This document shows positions 22,741 through 33,154 of a DNA stretch of 43,558 nucleotides, piece after piece (positions within the stretch are counted from its first letter, which is position 1; the number at the start of each line of letters is the position of its first letter). The DNA lies in the IMG/VR virus record IMGVR_UViG_3300015190_000004, positions 1 through 43,558 of that record, one strand, 5' to 3'. The position numbers and the translations under genes are program-made. Source of the stretch: a virus (Duplodnaviria > Caudoviricetes). The notes beneath the pieces were generated by a model. It ran no database searches and was not told the DNA's origin. It worked only from the letters and a program-made list of their open reading frames with translations.

Positions 22741-25700
22741 GTGGCCTATCGCTCGCTCTCGGTCACCCTCACCGCCGATACCGCCCCGTACACCGCCGCC
22801 CTCAAGGAAGCCGGCGTCGAGACGAGGGCCTTCGGCACCACTGCCGCCGCCGCTGGCAAGGAGGCGCAGGTCGGCTACGACGTGGCGGCCAAGGGCGCCG
22901 GCTCCTACGCCGCAGCGGTCACCGAGGCGGCAGCGGCCGAGACCCGAGCAGCCGCGGCGGCCGAGGCCAACGTCGCCAAGAAGGTCGCCGCCAACGCCGC
23001 CCTCCAGGCCCAGGCCCAGGCGTACAAGGCCATCTCCGACGCCGCCGTTGCCGGCTCTGAGAAGCAGGTCGCCGCCGACCGCCTGCTCGAAGTCGCCAAC
23101 AAGAAGCTCGTCGCCTCCAACCTCGAAGTGGTCGAGTCGTCGTCGCTCATGGCTGGCGCCGGCGAGAAGCTGGGCAACATCTTCGAGCAGATCGGCCTCC
23201 GGGTCGAGCGCTCCCACGGCCTCGTCGGTGCCGCCATCAAGGGCATGACCACCGACGCATCGACGATGGCGACCGGCGTGGGTGCTGCCGTCGGTATCGT
23301 CGGCGCCGCCTTCGGCGTGCTCGCCATCGAGGGCGTCAAGCACTTCGAGGAACTGACCGGCGAGATTCGCCAGTTCCAGCGGATCGCCGGAACCAGCGCC
23401 GAGGATTCGTCCAAGCTGGTCTACGCCTTCAAGGAACTCGGCATCGCCCCCGAGATCGCGGCCAAGTCGCTGGGCATCTTCTCGAAGAACCTCGTCGACC
23501 ACGCCGCCAAGGTGGAGAGCTACGGCGTCACCATCGCCCACCTGAAGAACGGCAACGTCGACACCATCGGCTCGCTGTTCAACCTGGCCGATGCGTTCCA
23601 GAAGGTTGGCCCCGGCGCCGAGGGCACGGCACTGGCCCTCGACCTCCTGGGCCGCGGCGGCGCCGCGCTCATCCCTGTACTGCAGCGGGGTCGGGACGGC
23701 CTGCGGGAGTTCTTCGCCGAGGCGCAGGGCCACGGCCTGGTCTTCAGCCAGAAAGACCTCGACGATGCTCGCAACCTGACCCTCGCCACCCGAAACTTGC
23801 ATGAGGCGTTCACCGGCTTCGAGGTCAGCCTCGCCCGGGACGTGATCCCGCAGTTGACCGGCTTGGCGCACGGACTCGCAGCGGTGACCGATGCGATCTC
23901 CAGCCTGCACATCCCCGTCGTGCCCATGTTGGAGCTCGGGACCGCCGCCTTCGCCGCCTCTAAGGGCGTGGCCGCCCTCGGCACCGGCCTCGCTGCGGTA
24001 GGGGCGGAAGCGGCGGGTGCAGCGGTAGGCGGGATGGCCGCGGCCACCGGCGGCGCTGTCCTGCTGGCCGGCGGCCTGCTGCTGGTGGCGAAGCAAGCCG
24101 ACAAGCACTCCGACGCACTCAAGAAGGTCGACGAGACCGTCATCGGATGGGAGCGTCACATCCCCCTGGTGGGCGGTGCCCTGGCCGGCCTCGACGCCAA
24201 GATGACCGGCTCGACCAAGTCCACGGCCGACCACGCCAAGGTCACGCAGGAGGACTACCTCGCCATGCAGTTGGCGAAGGAGGAGCTGGCCGCCTACGGC
24301 GACGTCGTCGACCCGACCGCCACCAAGATCAGCGACCTCAGCAAAGCCGAGCAGCAACTCCTCCAGGAGAGCAAGAAGCACGGCGACTCCATGGCGGCAA
24401 CCGCCGCCCTTGTCGGCATTTCTGCTGACTCGCTGGCGTCTGCTCTCGGCTACCAGGGCAAGGTCGGCGTCGATGCGTTCAAGGCTGAGGAGGAAGCGGC
24501 CAAGGACTTCGCCACGGCGGTGACCCAAGCCCAGGACTCCGCCAGCAAGGCGTTTACGAAGAACTTCGACATTGTCTCGAACTTCAGCGCCTCTTCGATC
24601 GCCGCCGACGACAAGAAGGCGGCATCGTCGGCCAAGGCGGCCAACTCTGTCGTCGCCGACGACACCCGGGTAGCCGACGCCATCCAGCACGTCGCCGACC
24701 TCCAGCAGCAGTACAGCGACAAGGCCGCCTCCGACCGCCAGGCGTACGCCGACAAGGTCGCTTCCGCCGACGAGGCGATGACCAACGCCGACGCCGCCTA
24801 CGCCGACACGGTCGCCTCGACCAACCAGAAGGTCGCCGACGCCGACCAGAAGCTCGCCGACGACCGCATCTCCCTCGCTCAGTCCGTGGCCGACGCCGAG
24901 CAGCGGCTCAACGACGACAGGGTCAGCGGCCAGCAGTCGGTCAAGGACGCACAGCAGCGCCTCGCCGACACCCAGGCCCGCCAGGCCGTCCAGAACAACC
25001 CGGCGGCGTCCAAGGCGCTGAACGACCAGATCGCTCTCCGTGACGCCCGAGCAGCGGTGACCAGAGCACAGGAGGCGGCGGCCAAGAAGGAAGAGACCGA
25101 CCAGGACGCCATCACCAAGGCCAAGCAGAACCAGATCAAGACGATCGCCAAGGACCAGGAGGCGGCCGACAAGGCACGGGTCGACCAGGTCAAGCAGGTC
25201 GAGAAGGCCGAGGACGCCGTCACCAAGGCCCGCCAAGCGCAGGCCAAGCTGGCGGCCGAGGCGAACACGGTCGGTGTTGAGACGATCCAGCAGCAACGGG
25301 AGATGCAGAAGGCGGTCGAGGCCGTCACCAAGGCCCAACAGACTCAGGCCACCGCCGTCACCACCTCGGCCGCCTCAGTGGCCGCAGCGGTCGACCTGAG
25401 CGTCGGTGACGTGAAGAAGTTCTACGACAACGCCGTAGCTGACGCCGACACCTTCCAGGCCAACATCCAGAAGGCCGTCAAGATGGGCTACAACCCGCAG
25501 ACCATCTCTGAGCTGCTGAAGGAGGGGTCGAAGGAAGCCAAGCCGCTCCTCGACCTCATGGTCAGCCAGACGGACAACTCTTTCCGGGACATGGTCAACG
25601 GCGCCGAGACGAAGATGAAGGCGTACGACTTCCAAATCCGGGAGCTGGCCCGCCTGTCGACGGTGGCGGCCAAGTCGTCGACCGACGACATGAACCGCGA

Positions 25701-27234
25701 CCTCAGCACAGCCATGTTGATCATGGAGGCCAACGCCGCCGATGGTGGCAAGAAGACATCCGAGGCCATCGCCAAGGAACTGGGCATTGGGCGCGACGAA
25801 GTGGCACGCATCGCTAATGAGATGGGCATCAAGCTGGCCGATGGGATCAACCCCGTCCTCGAAGGCGTCGGCTCCGACAAGATCGTGATCCACGCCTCGG
25901 ACTCCAGCTCCGGCAACCCGACCGGGAAGTTCCTCATGGCGACCGGCGGCCACGTTCCCGGCCACGGCCATGGCGACATCGTCCCCGCCATGCTGACCCC
26001 GGGTGAGTTCGTCATCTCCAAGCCGGCGGTGGACCGCCTCGGGGTCGACAACCTCGACAAGATGCACAAGACGGCCCGGCGGGGCTACGCCGAAGGCGGC
26101 TTCGTCACCGCCGCCGACGTGCCCCCGGTGCCCGACTTCTCGAAGTACGGGACGGCGTTCGGCTACTCCGCTACGCAGGTCGATGAATACGCCCGGGCCA
26201 AGGTCATCGCCTACCTCAACGCCCACCAGGCCAAGAAGGGCAGCGCCGGCCCCGGCGGCAGCGGCTACGGCTTCCAGGCCCTCATCGACTACCTCAACGG
26301 CAAGGGCGTCCCCAATGAGGTCACGTCGACCACGGGCGGGACGCACGCCTCCGGCTCCCGTCACGCCATGGGCCTCGCCGCCGACTTCGTCAGCGACAAC
26401 ATGGACCAGATCGGCCAGGCGTTCCTCGACATCAGCGGGTCGATGTACGAGCTGATCCACAACCCCGGCTTCAGCATCAAGGGCGGACAGACGGTCGACC
26501 CCGGCTTCTGGGGCTCCGACACCTGGGACCAGCACACGAACCACGTCCACGCCGCCACCTACCGGGACGCTGGCGAAGGCCCGGGCATCCCCACCGGCAC
26601 GGGCGCTCTCAGCGGCCTCGGCGGCTCCTTCGAGGACACGTTGGCGGCCATCGCCCGGGACAAGCACCTGAGCCCCCGAGAGGTGGAAGACCTCCGCATC
26701 ATCGGCATGGGCGAGTCCGGCGGCCAGAACATCCCCCAGGGCATCGACGACATCAACAGCCAGAACGGCGACCCCGCCTTCGGCCCGTTCCAGATCATCC
26801 GCTCCACCTTCGAGGCCAACAAAGACCCCGGCCACGACGACTGGCACAACCCCGAGGACTCGGGCGACGCCGCCGTGAACTACGCCCGGGGCCGCTACGG
26901 TAGCCTCGACAACGTCCCCGGCGTCATCGCCGTCAACGCCGGCCGCCCATACCAGGGCTATGCCGACGGCGGCCTCGTCTACAACGCCGGGATCATGGAC
27001 TCCGGCAACATGGTGCCCCCGGGGCCCTTCATCGGAATGAACACGACCGGCGGGTGGGAGAACCTGCGCCCGGTCAACTCATACAACCCGGTCGGCGCCG
27101 GGGCGCCGTCGTTCGACTACGACAAGATCGCCGCGGCGATGATCGCCGCCGTAACGGCTCGGCCGCTCACGGCCACGGTGTCGGCCAACGATGTCTCTGT
27201 CGGCCTTCATGCCGTCCAGCGCGGGCGCCGGTAA
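22741..27234 (+). CDS. Tape measure protein with C-terminal peptidoglycan hydrolase domains
   Basis: 1497 aa Ala-rich helical; RBS GAGGAGG; ATGG...DIVPAMLTPGEFVI motif; HAMGLAAD...HTNHVH; GESGG...GPFQII...NYARGRYG. Confidence 0.92.
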   Translation: MAYRSLSVTLTADTAPYTAALKEAGVETRAFGTTAAAAGKEAQVGYDVAAKGAGSYAAAVTEAAAAETRAAAAAEANVAKKVAANAALQAQAQAYKAISDAAVAGSEKQVAADRLLEVANKKLVASNLEVVESSSLMAGAGEKLGNIFEQIGLRVERSHGLVGAAIKGMTTDASTMATGVGAAVGIVGAAFGVLAIEGVKHFEELTGEIRQFQRIAGTSAEDSSKLVYAFKELGIAPEIAAKSLGIFSKNLVDHAAKVESYGVTIAHLKNGNVDTIGSLFNLADAFQKVGPGAEGTALALDLLGRGGAALIPVLQRGRDGLREFFAEAQGHGLVFSQKDLDDARNLTLATRNLHEAFTGFEVSLARDVIPQLTGLAHGLAAVTDAISSLHIPVVPMLELGTAAFAASKGVAALGTGLAAVGAEAAGAAVGGMAAATGGAVLLAGGLLLVAKQADKHSDALKKVDETVIGWERHIPLVGGALAGLDAKMTGSTKSTADHAKVTQEDYLAMQLAKEELAAYGDVVDPTATKISDLSKAEQQLLQESKKHGDSMAATAALVGISADSLASALGYQGKVGVDAFKAEEEAAKDFATAVTQAQDSASKAFTKNFDIVSNFSASSIAADDKKAASSAKAANSVVADDTRVADAIQHVADLQQQYSDKAASDRQAYADKVASADEAMTNADAAYADTVASTNQKVADADQKLADDRISLAQSVADAEQRLNDDRVSGQQSVKDAQQRLADTQARQAVQNNPAASKALNDQIALRDARAAVTRAQEAAAKKEETDQDAITKAKQNQIKTIAKDQEAADKARVDQVKQVEKAEDAVTKARQAQAKLAAEANTVGVETIQQQREMQKAVEAVTKAQQTQATAVTTSAASVAAAVDLSVGDVKKFYDNAVADADTFQANIQKAVKMGYNPQTISELLKEGSKEAKPLLDLMVSQTDNSFRDMVNGAETKMKAYDFQIRELARLSTVAAKSSTDDMNRDLSTAMLIMEANAADGGKKTSEAIAKELGIGRDEVARIANEMGIKLADGINPVLEGVGSDKIVIHASDSSSGNPTGKFLMATGGHVPGHGHGDIVPAMLTPGEFVISKPAVDRLGVDNLDKMHKTARRGYAEGGFVTAADVPPVPDFSKYGTAFGYSATQVDEYARAKVIAYLNAHQAKKGSAGPGGSGYGFQALIDYLNGKGVPNEVTSTTGGTHASGSRHAMGLAADFVSDNMDQIGQAFLDISGSMYELIHNPGFSIKGGQTVDPGFWGSDTWDQHTNHVHAATYRDAGEGPGIPTGTGALSGLGGSFEDTLAAIARDKHLSPREVEDLRIIGMGESGGQNIPQGIDDINSQNGDPAFGPFQIIRSTFEANKDPGHDDWHNPEDSGDAAVNYARGRYGSLDNVPGVIAVNAGRPYQGYADGGLVYNAGIMDSGNMVPPGPFIGMNTTGGWENLRPVNSYNPVGAGAPSFDYDKIAAAMIAAVTARPLTATVSANDVSVGLHAVQRGRR

Positions 27235-27611
27235 TGGGGCTCGTCTCCATCGGCCCGGTCAGCGTCCAGGTCCGCAAGCCGACGTTCAACTGGACCTCGG
27301 TCCCCGGATCACACGGCTTCGTGGGTCGGGCGCACGGTCACCGCCCGGCGTCGATCTCCGGTGTCATGCAGTGGGCGCAGGCGCAGTCCATGTCCGACCT
27401 CGTCGCCAACCCCGAGGACCGGGTGACCCTCGGCGCACAGACCGGCTTGCTCGAGTACCTCGTCTTCGACGACGTCCTGCTCATCGGCTTCACCGGGTAC
27501 TACCTGCTCCAGCAGTTCGACCTGCTCGGTGAGTGGCAGTGGGCCGGCCACGGTATCAACTTCCCCGTCGGGTTCTCGCTCAAGGCGATCTACCTCGGTG
27601 ACGTCTCATGA
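27234..27611 (+). CDS. Minor tail protein (distal-tail position)
   Basis: TAATG-coupled to tape measure. Confidence 0.7.
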   Translation: MGLVSIGPVSVQVRKPTFNWTSVPGSHGFVGRAHGHRPASISGVMQWAQAQSMSDLVANPEDRVTLGAQTGLLEYLVFDDVLLIGFTGYYLLQQFDLLGEWQWAGHGINFPVGFSLKAIYLGDVS

Positions 27612-27787
27612 CCCTCACCGCCACCTTCGAGGCCGCCCTCCACGTCCAGAGCAGCGCCTACGTGTCGCCGCAGACCGTGGTGGTGCTCCCACCCTCCACC
27701 CTCGACCCCGCCGCCGACCAGATGCGGGTCGTCGTCAACGGCGTGCAGATCACCCGCCAGTACGACCCGGCCATGGAGCAGCCGTGA
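27608..27787 (+). CDS. Small tail protein (59 aa; not in ORF track)
   Basis: MTLTATFEAALHVQSSAYVSPQTVVVLPP...; coupled both sides, GC3-rich. Confidence 0.65.
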   Translation: MTLTATFEAALHVQSSAYVSPQTVVVLPPSTLDPAADQMRVVVNGVQITRQYDPAMEQP

Positions 27788-28554
27788 CCACCGTCGCCTA
27801 CGCCCTGGGCAAGCCCCCGAGCGCCGTCAATCGGGGCGGCGACTGCCGGGCCCGGGACCTCACGCAGGCCCGCAATGTCTACGGCCCGCACCGCTTCGCC
27901 ACCACCACCGACTGCCGCATCAGCAACGGCCTCATCCGCTTCACCGTGGGCGCCACCGGCGTGGCCCCGGCGCTGACCATGGAGGCCTACCGGGGAGCGG
28001 TCACCATCGGTGACGCCCTGAGCGACACCCTGAGCGACACCCTGCCCGGATCGCTGTCCTCCACGTCGTGGCAGTCCATGGGCGTCATCACCCTCGACTC
28101 GCCGGCGCTGTCGGCGGTGCTCACCGGCGTCCGCATCGTCCGAGTCACCGCCGAGGCCATCACCATCCGCCTGCGGGCGCCGCTCATGGCCGACGCTTTC
28201 GTAACCCTGCGCCGGGGCTTCCGGGCGATCAGCGTCCAGCACGGCAGCACTCGACCTCCCCTCGTCTCCACCACCCGCCGCATCCGTTGGACCGACAGCC
28301 CATCCCCGGTCGGCACAGCGACGACGGGCCGGGTGGAAGAGACCTCGCCCGCCACCGACGGCTTCCCTCGCTTCGTGGCCTCCCACGACCTTGCCACGGC
28401 CAACGCAGGAGCCTTCTCCATGACGACGACAGCGACCAACCATGCCCGCTTCGGCGCCGGCATCGGGACCACCAACGCACGCGACACCACCGCCGACCTG
28501 CACGCCCAGCTCGCCGACAACAGCCGCCCCGAACTCGTCCTGGTGAGCTCGTGA
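27784..28554 (+). CDS. Minor tail protein
   Basis: RBS GGAG, GTGA-coupled, Thr-rich beta protein. Confidence 0.7.
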   Translation: MTTVAYALGKPPSAVNRGGDCRARDLTQARNVYGPHRFATTTDCRISNGLIRFTVGATGVAPALTMEAYRGAVTIGDALSDTLSDTLPGSLSSTSWQSMGVITLDSPALSAVLTGVRIVRVTAEAITIRLRAPLMADAFVTLRRGFRAISVQHGSTRPPLVSTTRRIRWTDSPSPVGTATTGRVEETSPATDGFPRFVASHDLATANAGAFSMTTTATNHARFGAGIGTTNARDTTADLHAQLADNSRPELVLVSS

Positions 28555-30500
28555 CGCTTCCCGAAGACCCCACCGCCGGCCTGACCGGCGTCATCTCCTG
28601 GTTCCGGGAGCTCAACCGCTTCTGGAACGCCGAGCGCCCGGCCCGCTTCAACGTGAAGCACCGTGACTACGGGGCCAAGGGCGACGGCGTCACCGACGAC
28701 ACCGCCGCCATCCAGTCCGCCATCAACGCCGCGGTGGCGGCCGGTGGCGGCATCGTGTTCTTCCCCGCCGGCACCTACCTCATCACCTCGTCGCTGAACG
28801 TGGTGAGCCTCATCGCCGGGGCTAAGTACAACGTCAAGCTCCGCGGCGTCAGCCAAACCGCCAGCACCATCCGGCGCAAGACGGCCGGCATCGCCATCGA
28901 GATCGCCGGCTTCTACAACGGCGTCGTGGACCTCGGGATCAACGGCTTCGCCGACCCCACCACGGCCAGCGGCACGACGACCAGCGGCCAAGCCGCATTC
29001 ACCTGCGCCTCTCTCACCCAGGCCCACGTCGGCACCATCGTCACCGGCACGGGCGTGCCCGGTGGCACCTACATCCGTGCCGTCAACGGCACCACAGGGA
29101 CGCTGACCAACAACGCCAACGCCACCGGCACCAACACGCTGACCTTCAATCTCCACGGCGCCACCACCGGCATCCAGGTCCGGGGCTACAGCGCAGCGAC
29201 GACGACCTACAGCCCGACCCGCCAGCTCGAGCTGAAGAACATCTACGTCACCGGCTGCAACGAGGCCGTGCGCTTCGGCCACTACTCCACCCTGAACGGC
29301 GTGACCGGAGACGCCGGCGACGCCGACATCGCCGGCGGCAGCTATCACAACATCTGGGCCGATAACTGCGACTACGGCTGGATCGAGGATGGGCAGAACA
29401 TCCTGCTCTCCAAGGTCGTCAACCTGTGGACGACCGGCATCACCCGCCACCACACCTACCAGCCCCGCGGCGGCCAGGTCCACGTCGACACCGGGTATTT
29501 CAGCTACTCCCTCGCCGCCCCGGCCACCACCATCGCCGCCGGCTCCAACGGTGCGGCGCTGCCCCAGGGAACGATCAACGTGGCCGACACGTCCAACTTC
29601 CCCACCGCCGGCACGCTGAGCGTCACCACCGGCGCAGGCGTGCAGCAGGTCATCTACACCGGCGTCACCGGGACGACCTTCACCGGCTGCCAGGGCGGCA
29701 CCGGCACCATGAGCACCGGCGGCGCCGTCCAGTCGAACGGCTACCCGAAGTGCAACGTGGGTAGCTCGAACATCATCCTGCGCGACGTCCGCAGCGAAAA
29801 CGTCACCGGTACCAGCCCGCCCGTCGTCATCACCGGTGCCGGCAACGGCACGGCGCAGGTCACCGAGACGATGTGCGTGTGGGCCAGCGCCCTGGTCGGG
29901 GGCATCGACGAGCTGATGCTGGGCGGCTCGCTGGTCAAGACCAACTGCCTGACCTCCGGCGCCGTGGCCCTCATCAACACCGACTACGCCGGCTTCGGCA
30001 ACGACGTGCAGAGTGGGTACCTCCGCTTCGGCAACCAGCCGAACCGTACCGAGATCATCCACGACTTCGCCTCCGTCGGCGCTGGCCCGGTCCGCATCTC
30101 GGGCGCCCTCGGCAAGCTGCGCTACGGCTACGGTCCATCGCTCACCGGCTTCACGCCCGCCAGCGGCGTCACCTTCGAAAGTGCCACTCTCGACACCGCC
30201 ATCGCCATCGCCGGTCCCGTTGCCCCGGCACTGTCCTGGTTCATCTCTGGTTCCACCGTGCGGCGCTGCCTGGACTACATAGTTAGCACCGGGACCGACG
30301 GCGGCCTGCGGGCCTTTCAGACCAAGCCGACAGGGGGCGCCCTGCGTGACGCCCTGTACCTCAACGACACCCTCGCCGACGGCGAGACGGTCGCCACCCT
30401 GCTCTGCAACGTGGGCGGCGTCTACACAATGAAGCGGGTGACGCAGGGGGCGACCGACTCGGGGGGCACCGGGTACAAGGCGTTGCGGGTGCCGAACTAG
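28551..30500 (+). CDS. Tailspike / pectate-lyase-like beta-helix depolymerase
   Basis: FNVK..YGAKGDGVTDDTAAIQSAINAA...GGIVFFPAGTYLI. Confidence 0.85.
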   Translation: MTLPEDPTAGLTGVISWFRELNRFWNAERPARFNVKHRDYGAKGDGVTDDTAAIQSAINAAVAAGGGIVFFPAGTYLITSSLNVVSLIAGAKYNVKLRGVSQTASTIRRKTAGIAIEIAGFYNGVVDLGINGFADPTTASGTTTSGQAAFTCASLTQAHVGTIVTGTGVPGGTYIRAVNGTTGTLTNNANATGTNTLTFNLHGATTGIQVRGYSAATTTYSPTRQLELKNIYVTGCNEAVRFGHYSTLNGVTGDAGDADIAGGSYHNIWADNCDYGWIEDGQNILLSKVVNLWTTGITRHHTYQPRGGQVHVDTGYFSYSLAAPATTIAAGSNGAALPQGTINVADTSNFPTAGTLSVTTGAGVQQVIYTGVTGTTFTGCQGGTGTMSTGGAVQSNGYPKCNVGSSNIILRDVRSENVTGTSPPVVITGAGNGTAQVTETMCVWASALVGGIDELMLGGSLVKTNCLTSGAVALINTDYAGFGNDVQSGYLRFGNQPNRTEIIHDFASVGAGPVRISGALGKLRYGYGPSLTGFTPASGVTFESATLDTAIAIAGPVAPALSWFISGSTVRRCLDYIVSTGTDGGLRAFQTKPTGGALRDALYLNDTLADGETVATLLCNVGGVYTMKRVTQGATDSGGTGYKALRVPN

Positions 30501-33146
30501 ATGGCGGTCGAGATCGTGCAGGAGGTCATGGGCCTCGGGTCGTGGACCGTCGATATCGACTGGAACCCCGCCATCGTTGCCGAGCTGCTCGACGACACTC
30601 ACCGACCGCTCAAGGTCCACGCACTCATCCACGACGCCGACGGCAACCTCCTCTTCACCGGCGTGCAGATCAAGGCCGGCGGGGGCATCGACGGGCTGAA
30701 GCTCTACGGCCGGAACCTCGGCTGGTGGCTGGAGGCTGGCAACCTCGTCAACCGGGACTACCTGAGCGGCGCCAACAAGCTCAGCGACGACCACTTCCAG
30801 CTCGACATCGCAGAGACGGCCTCGGGCTTCCTCTGGGACTTCTCCAACGTCTCGAAGTGGCAGATCGTCGGGGCGCTCGAAGCCCTGTACCCGCCGGGCA
30901 ACGTGGCCGCGACCTTCGGTGTGCTCGACAAGGACGACATCCTCCGCTCGACGGAGCAGTTCCCGACCAAGCCGGGCCAGACCTACACATCGTCGGCCAC
31001 CATCCAGCTCAAGGGACAGGTCGGTCCGGGTCTGCTCCGCCTGCGCACCGTCTACGCCGGTCGGTTCCAGAACCCCAACCTCGCCTCGCCATACACCTCC
31101 TGGTCGGCGTCGGTGCGGGGCGACATCAAGTACGCCACCGACCCCACTGGTGTGGTCCCCGGTCCCGTCATGCTCATCTTGACGGGGCAGCCGAACCTCA
31201 TACTGAACGGCAGCTTCAACGACGGCGTGGCCGGCTCCCTGAACGGCTTCGACTCCATCGGCCACTGGACTTCACCCGCCGGCGGCGTGGACGCCGACCC
31301 GACGACACATGTCGCTGCCTATGCCTCGGTCGACACCGGGGGCGGCAACCCTGCCCACAAGTTTCTCCGCTCCGACTACCTCGGCCTGGCGGCGCCCGGT
31401 AACGGCGTCGTGTCCACCGCTCGCCCGGTCATACCCGGCGAGGTTTACCGGGTGCAGTGCCATGTCCGCACGACGCCCGGCGTTCCCGTCACCGACGGCT
31501 CGGCCTACATCGGCACCGAGTTCGGTCCCGCTCCGTTGGTCTACGCCGAGTCGATGCGTCCCGGTTCCGGTGGGTACGCGGCCAACAACTGGCGCTTTAT
31601 ATACGTCGACATGTCCGTGATCGACGGCAAGACGTTGCTGATGCCGGCCCTGGTCGTGGACGGGATGACCCAAGGGAGTTGGGACTTCGACGCCTTCGCC
31701 CTCATCAAGATGAAGGGCTATTCCGACTCTGTCACCGGACCACAGATATTCGGCGTGCCCCAGCGGACCTACCGATGGGATGTGCCCTACCGGGCCGAGT
31801 CCACCGTTCTCGACGGGACGGTGACACTGCGTGCGGTCTGCCGTGGGCCGGCCGTGCCCCTGCTCATCATCGACGGGCCGACGCTGTCGGTGGCCGTCGA
31901 CACTCCCGGGCTGCAACACACCACCTTCGACATCACCCTGCCGAGCGGGTACGACAACTTCATCCCGCAGGTCTACGCTCAGGATGTCCACGGCGGCTAC
32001 GTCATCGTCGGCCAGGGCACCATCACCGACACCGACGCCACCACCTACGCCGTGGATGTCGCCAGCCGCCCGGCCGACCGCAGCGGCTACACGACGATCG
32101 CCGGCTCGTCGACCGCTCCCATCGGCTCCGACACCGTCCACATCGAGCTCGTGGCCGAGGCCAACAGCGGCCAGTGGATCGTCGGGCGGGCGGGCATCGT
32201 CCGCACCGACCTGGCGCCGGCCACCGGCAACGCCATCGTGGCCCAGCTCCTGGCCGGGCTGAGCGTCACCCCCGGCGTCGTCAACTGCCCCGAGACGATC
32301 CCCTACGACTGGCTGCCCCGCAACCTGTCGCCGTGGGACGCCCTGATCCACTACTGCAAGGTCGTCTCGTCGCCCAAGCGCGAGTTCCGCATCAACCCCG
32401 ACAACACCATCGACGTGGGCACGGCGGCGTCGGTGTTCACCGACCGCGGCCCCGACAGCGCATACGTCACCGGCGACATCGACGTGGACAGCCTGCCGGC
32501 GGTAGACACCGACCTCGACCAGCGGGCGGCGATCATCAAGGTCATCGGCGCCGAGCGCCAGCGCACCGGGACGAACTCGCCCATTCTCATCACCGCCACG
32601 TCGGTCGTCCCCGGCGTCGCCGACGTGGACTGGTTCGGCAACCTCGCTCACCGGGTCAAGATCGTCAGCGACTCCACCGTGGATCACTGGGCCTACGCCC
32701 AGGCCCTCGCCGACGACCTGGCGGCCAAGGAAGCCGAGCCGGTGTTCTCGGTCAACGCCACGCTGACGCCCATGAACGCAGCCACGACGTCCGCCCTCGA
32801 TATCCCCGCCCGCCCTGCCCTCGGCGCTGGCGACTGGACCTACGTCTACGACCCCGACAACGGCCTAAGCGACAGCGCCTACGAGACGGTCATCAACGGC
32901 GTGACGGTCAATCCTCGCCGGCTCCGGGTCGTTTCCCTCACCCGCCAACTCAGCACCGGCGCAATCACCATCCGCCGCCAGGATGGCTCGACCTTCGACC
33001 TCGCCACGAAGACGAACATCGTCTGGTCCGACAAGGACGCCGTGTCCGTGGTCCTCGGCCAACGCCCGCCTGACTTCATCAGCGACCCCCAAGGCGGCAA
33101 CGTCGGCGAGCAGTACTTGAGGGACAGGGCTTCTCGGCCCAGATAG
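30501..33146 (+). CDS. Large minor tail (hub) protein with carbohydrate-binding-like inserts
   Basis: 881 aa; NLILNGSFNDG CBM-like motif; synteny. Confidence 0.75.
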   Translation: MAVEIVQEVMGLGSWTVDIDWNPAIVAELLDDTHRPLKVHALIHDADGNLLFTGVQIKAGGGIDGLKLYGRNLGWWLEAGNLVNRDYLSGANKLSDDHFQLDIAETASGFLWDFSNVSKWQIVGALEALYPPGNVAATFGVLDKDDILRSTEQFPTKPGQTYTSSATIQLKGQVGPGLLRLRTVYAGRFQNPNLASPYTSWSASVRGDIKYATDPTGVVPGPVMLILTGQPNLILNGSFNDGVAGSLNGFDSIGHWTSPAGGVDADPTTHVAAYASVDTGGGNPAHKFLRSDYLGLAAPGNGVVSTARPVIPGEVYRVQCHVRTTPGVPVTDGSAYIGTEFGPAPLVYAESMRPGSGGYAANNWRFIYVDMSVIDGKTLLMPALVVDGMTQGSWDFDAFALIKMKGYSDSVTGPQIFGVPQRTYRWDVPYRAESTVLDGTVTLRAVCRGPAVPLLIIDGPTLSVAVDTPGLQHTTFDITLPSGYDNFIPQVYAQDVHGGYVIVGQGTITDTDATTYAVDVASRPADRSGYTTIAGSSTAPIGSDTVHIELVAEANSGQWIVGRAGIVRTDLAPATGNAIVAQLLAGLSVTPGVVNCPETIPYDWLPRNLSPWDALIHYCKVVSSPKREFRINPDNTIDVGTAASVFTDRGPDSAYVTGDIDVDSLPAVDTDLDQRAAIIKVIGAERQRTGTNSPILITATSVVPGVADVDWFGNLAHRVKIVSDSTVDHWAYAQALADDLAAKEAEPVFSVNATLTPMNAATTSALDIPARPALGAGDWTYVYDPDNGLSDSAYETVINGVTVNPRRLRVVSLTRQLSTGAITIRRQDGSTFDLATKTNIVWSDKDAVSVVLGQRPPDFISDPQGGNVGEQYLRDRASRPR

Positions 33147-33154
33147 GAGCACGC

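Noticed and set aside
22450-25338. 962-aa minus-strand ORF (also 27987-31265, 15111-16382, 18338-19999 and similar)
   Set aside because: Antisense shadows of GC3-biased plus-strand genes; no motifs or RBS
28551-33146. Diversity-generating retroelement acting on tail genes
   Set aside because: No reverse transcriptase and no template/variable repeat pair seen
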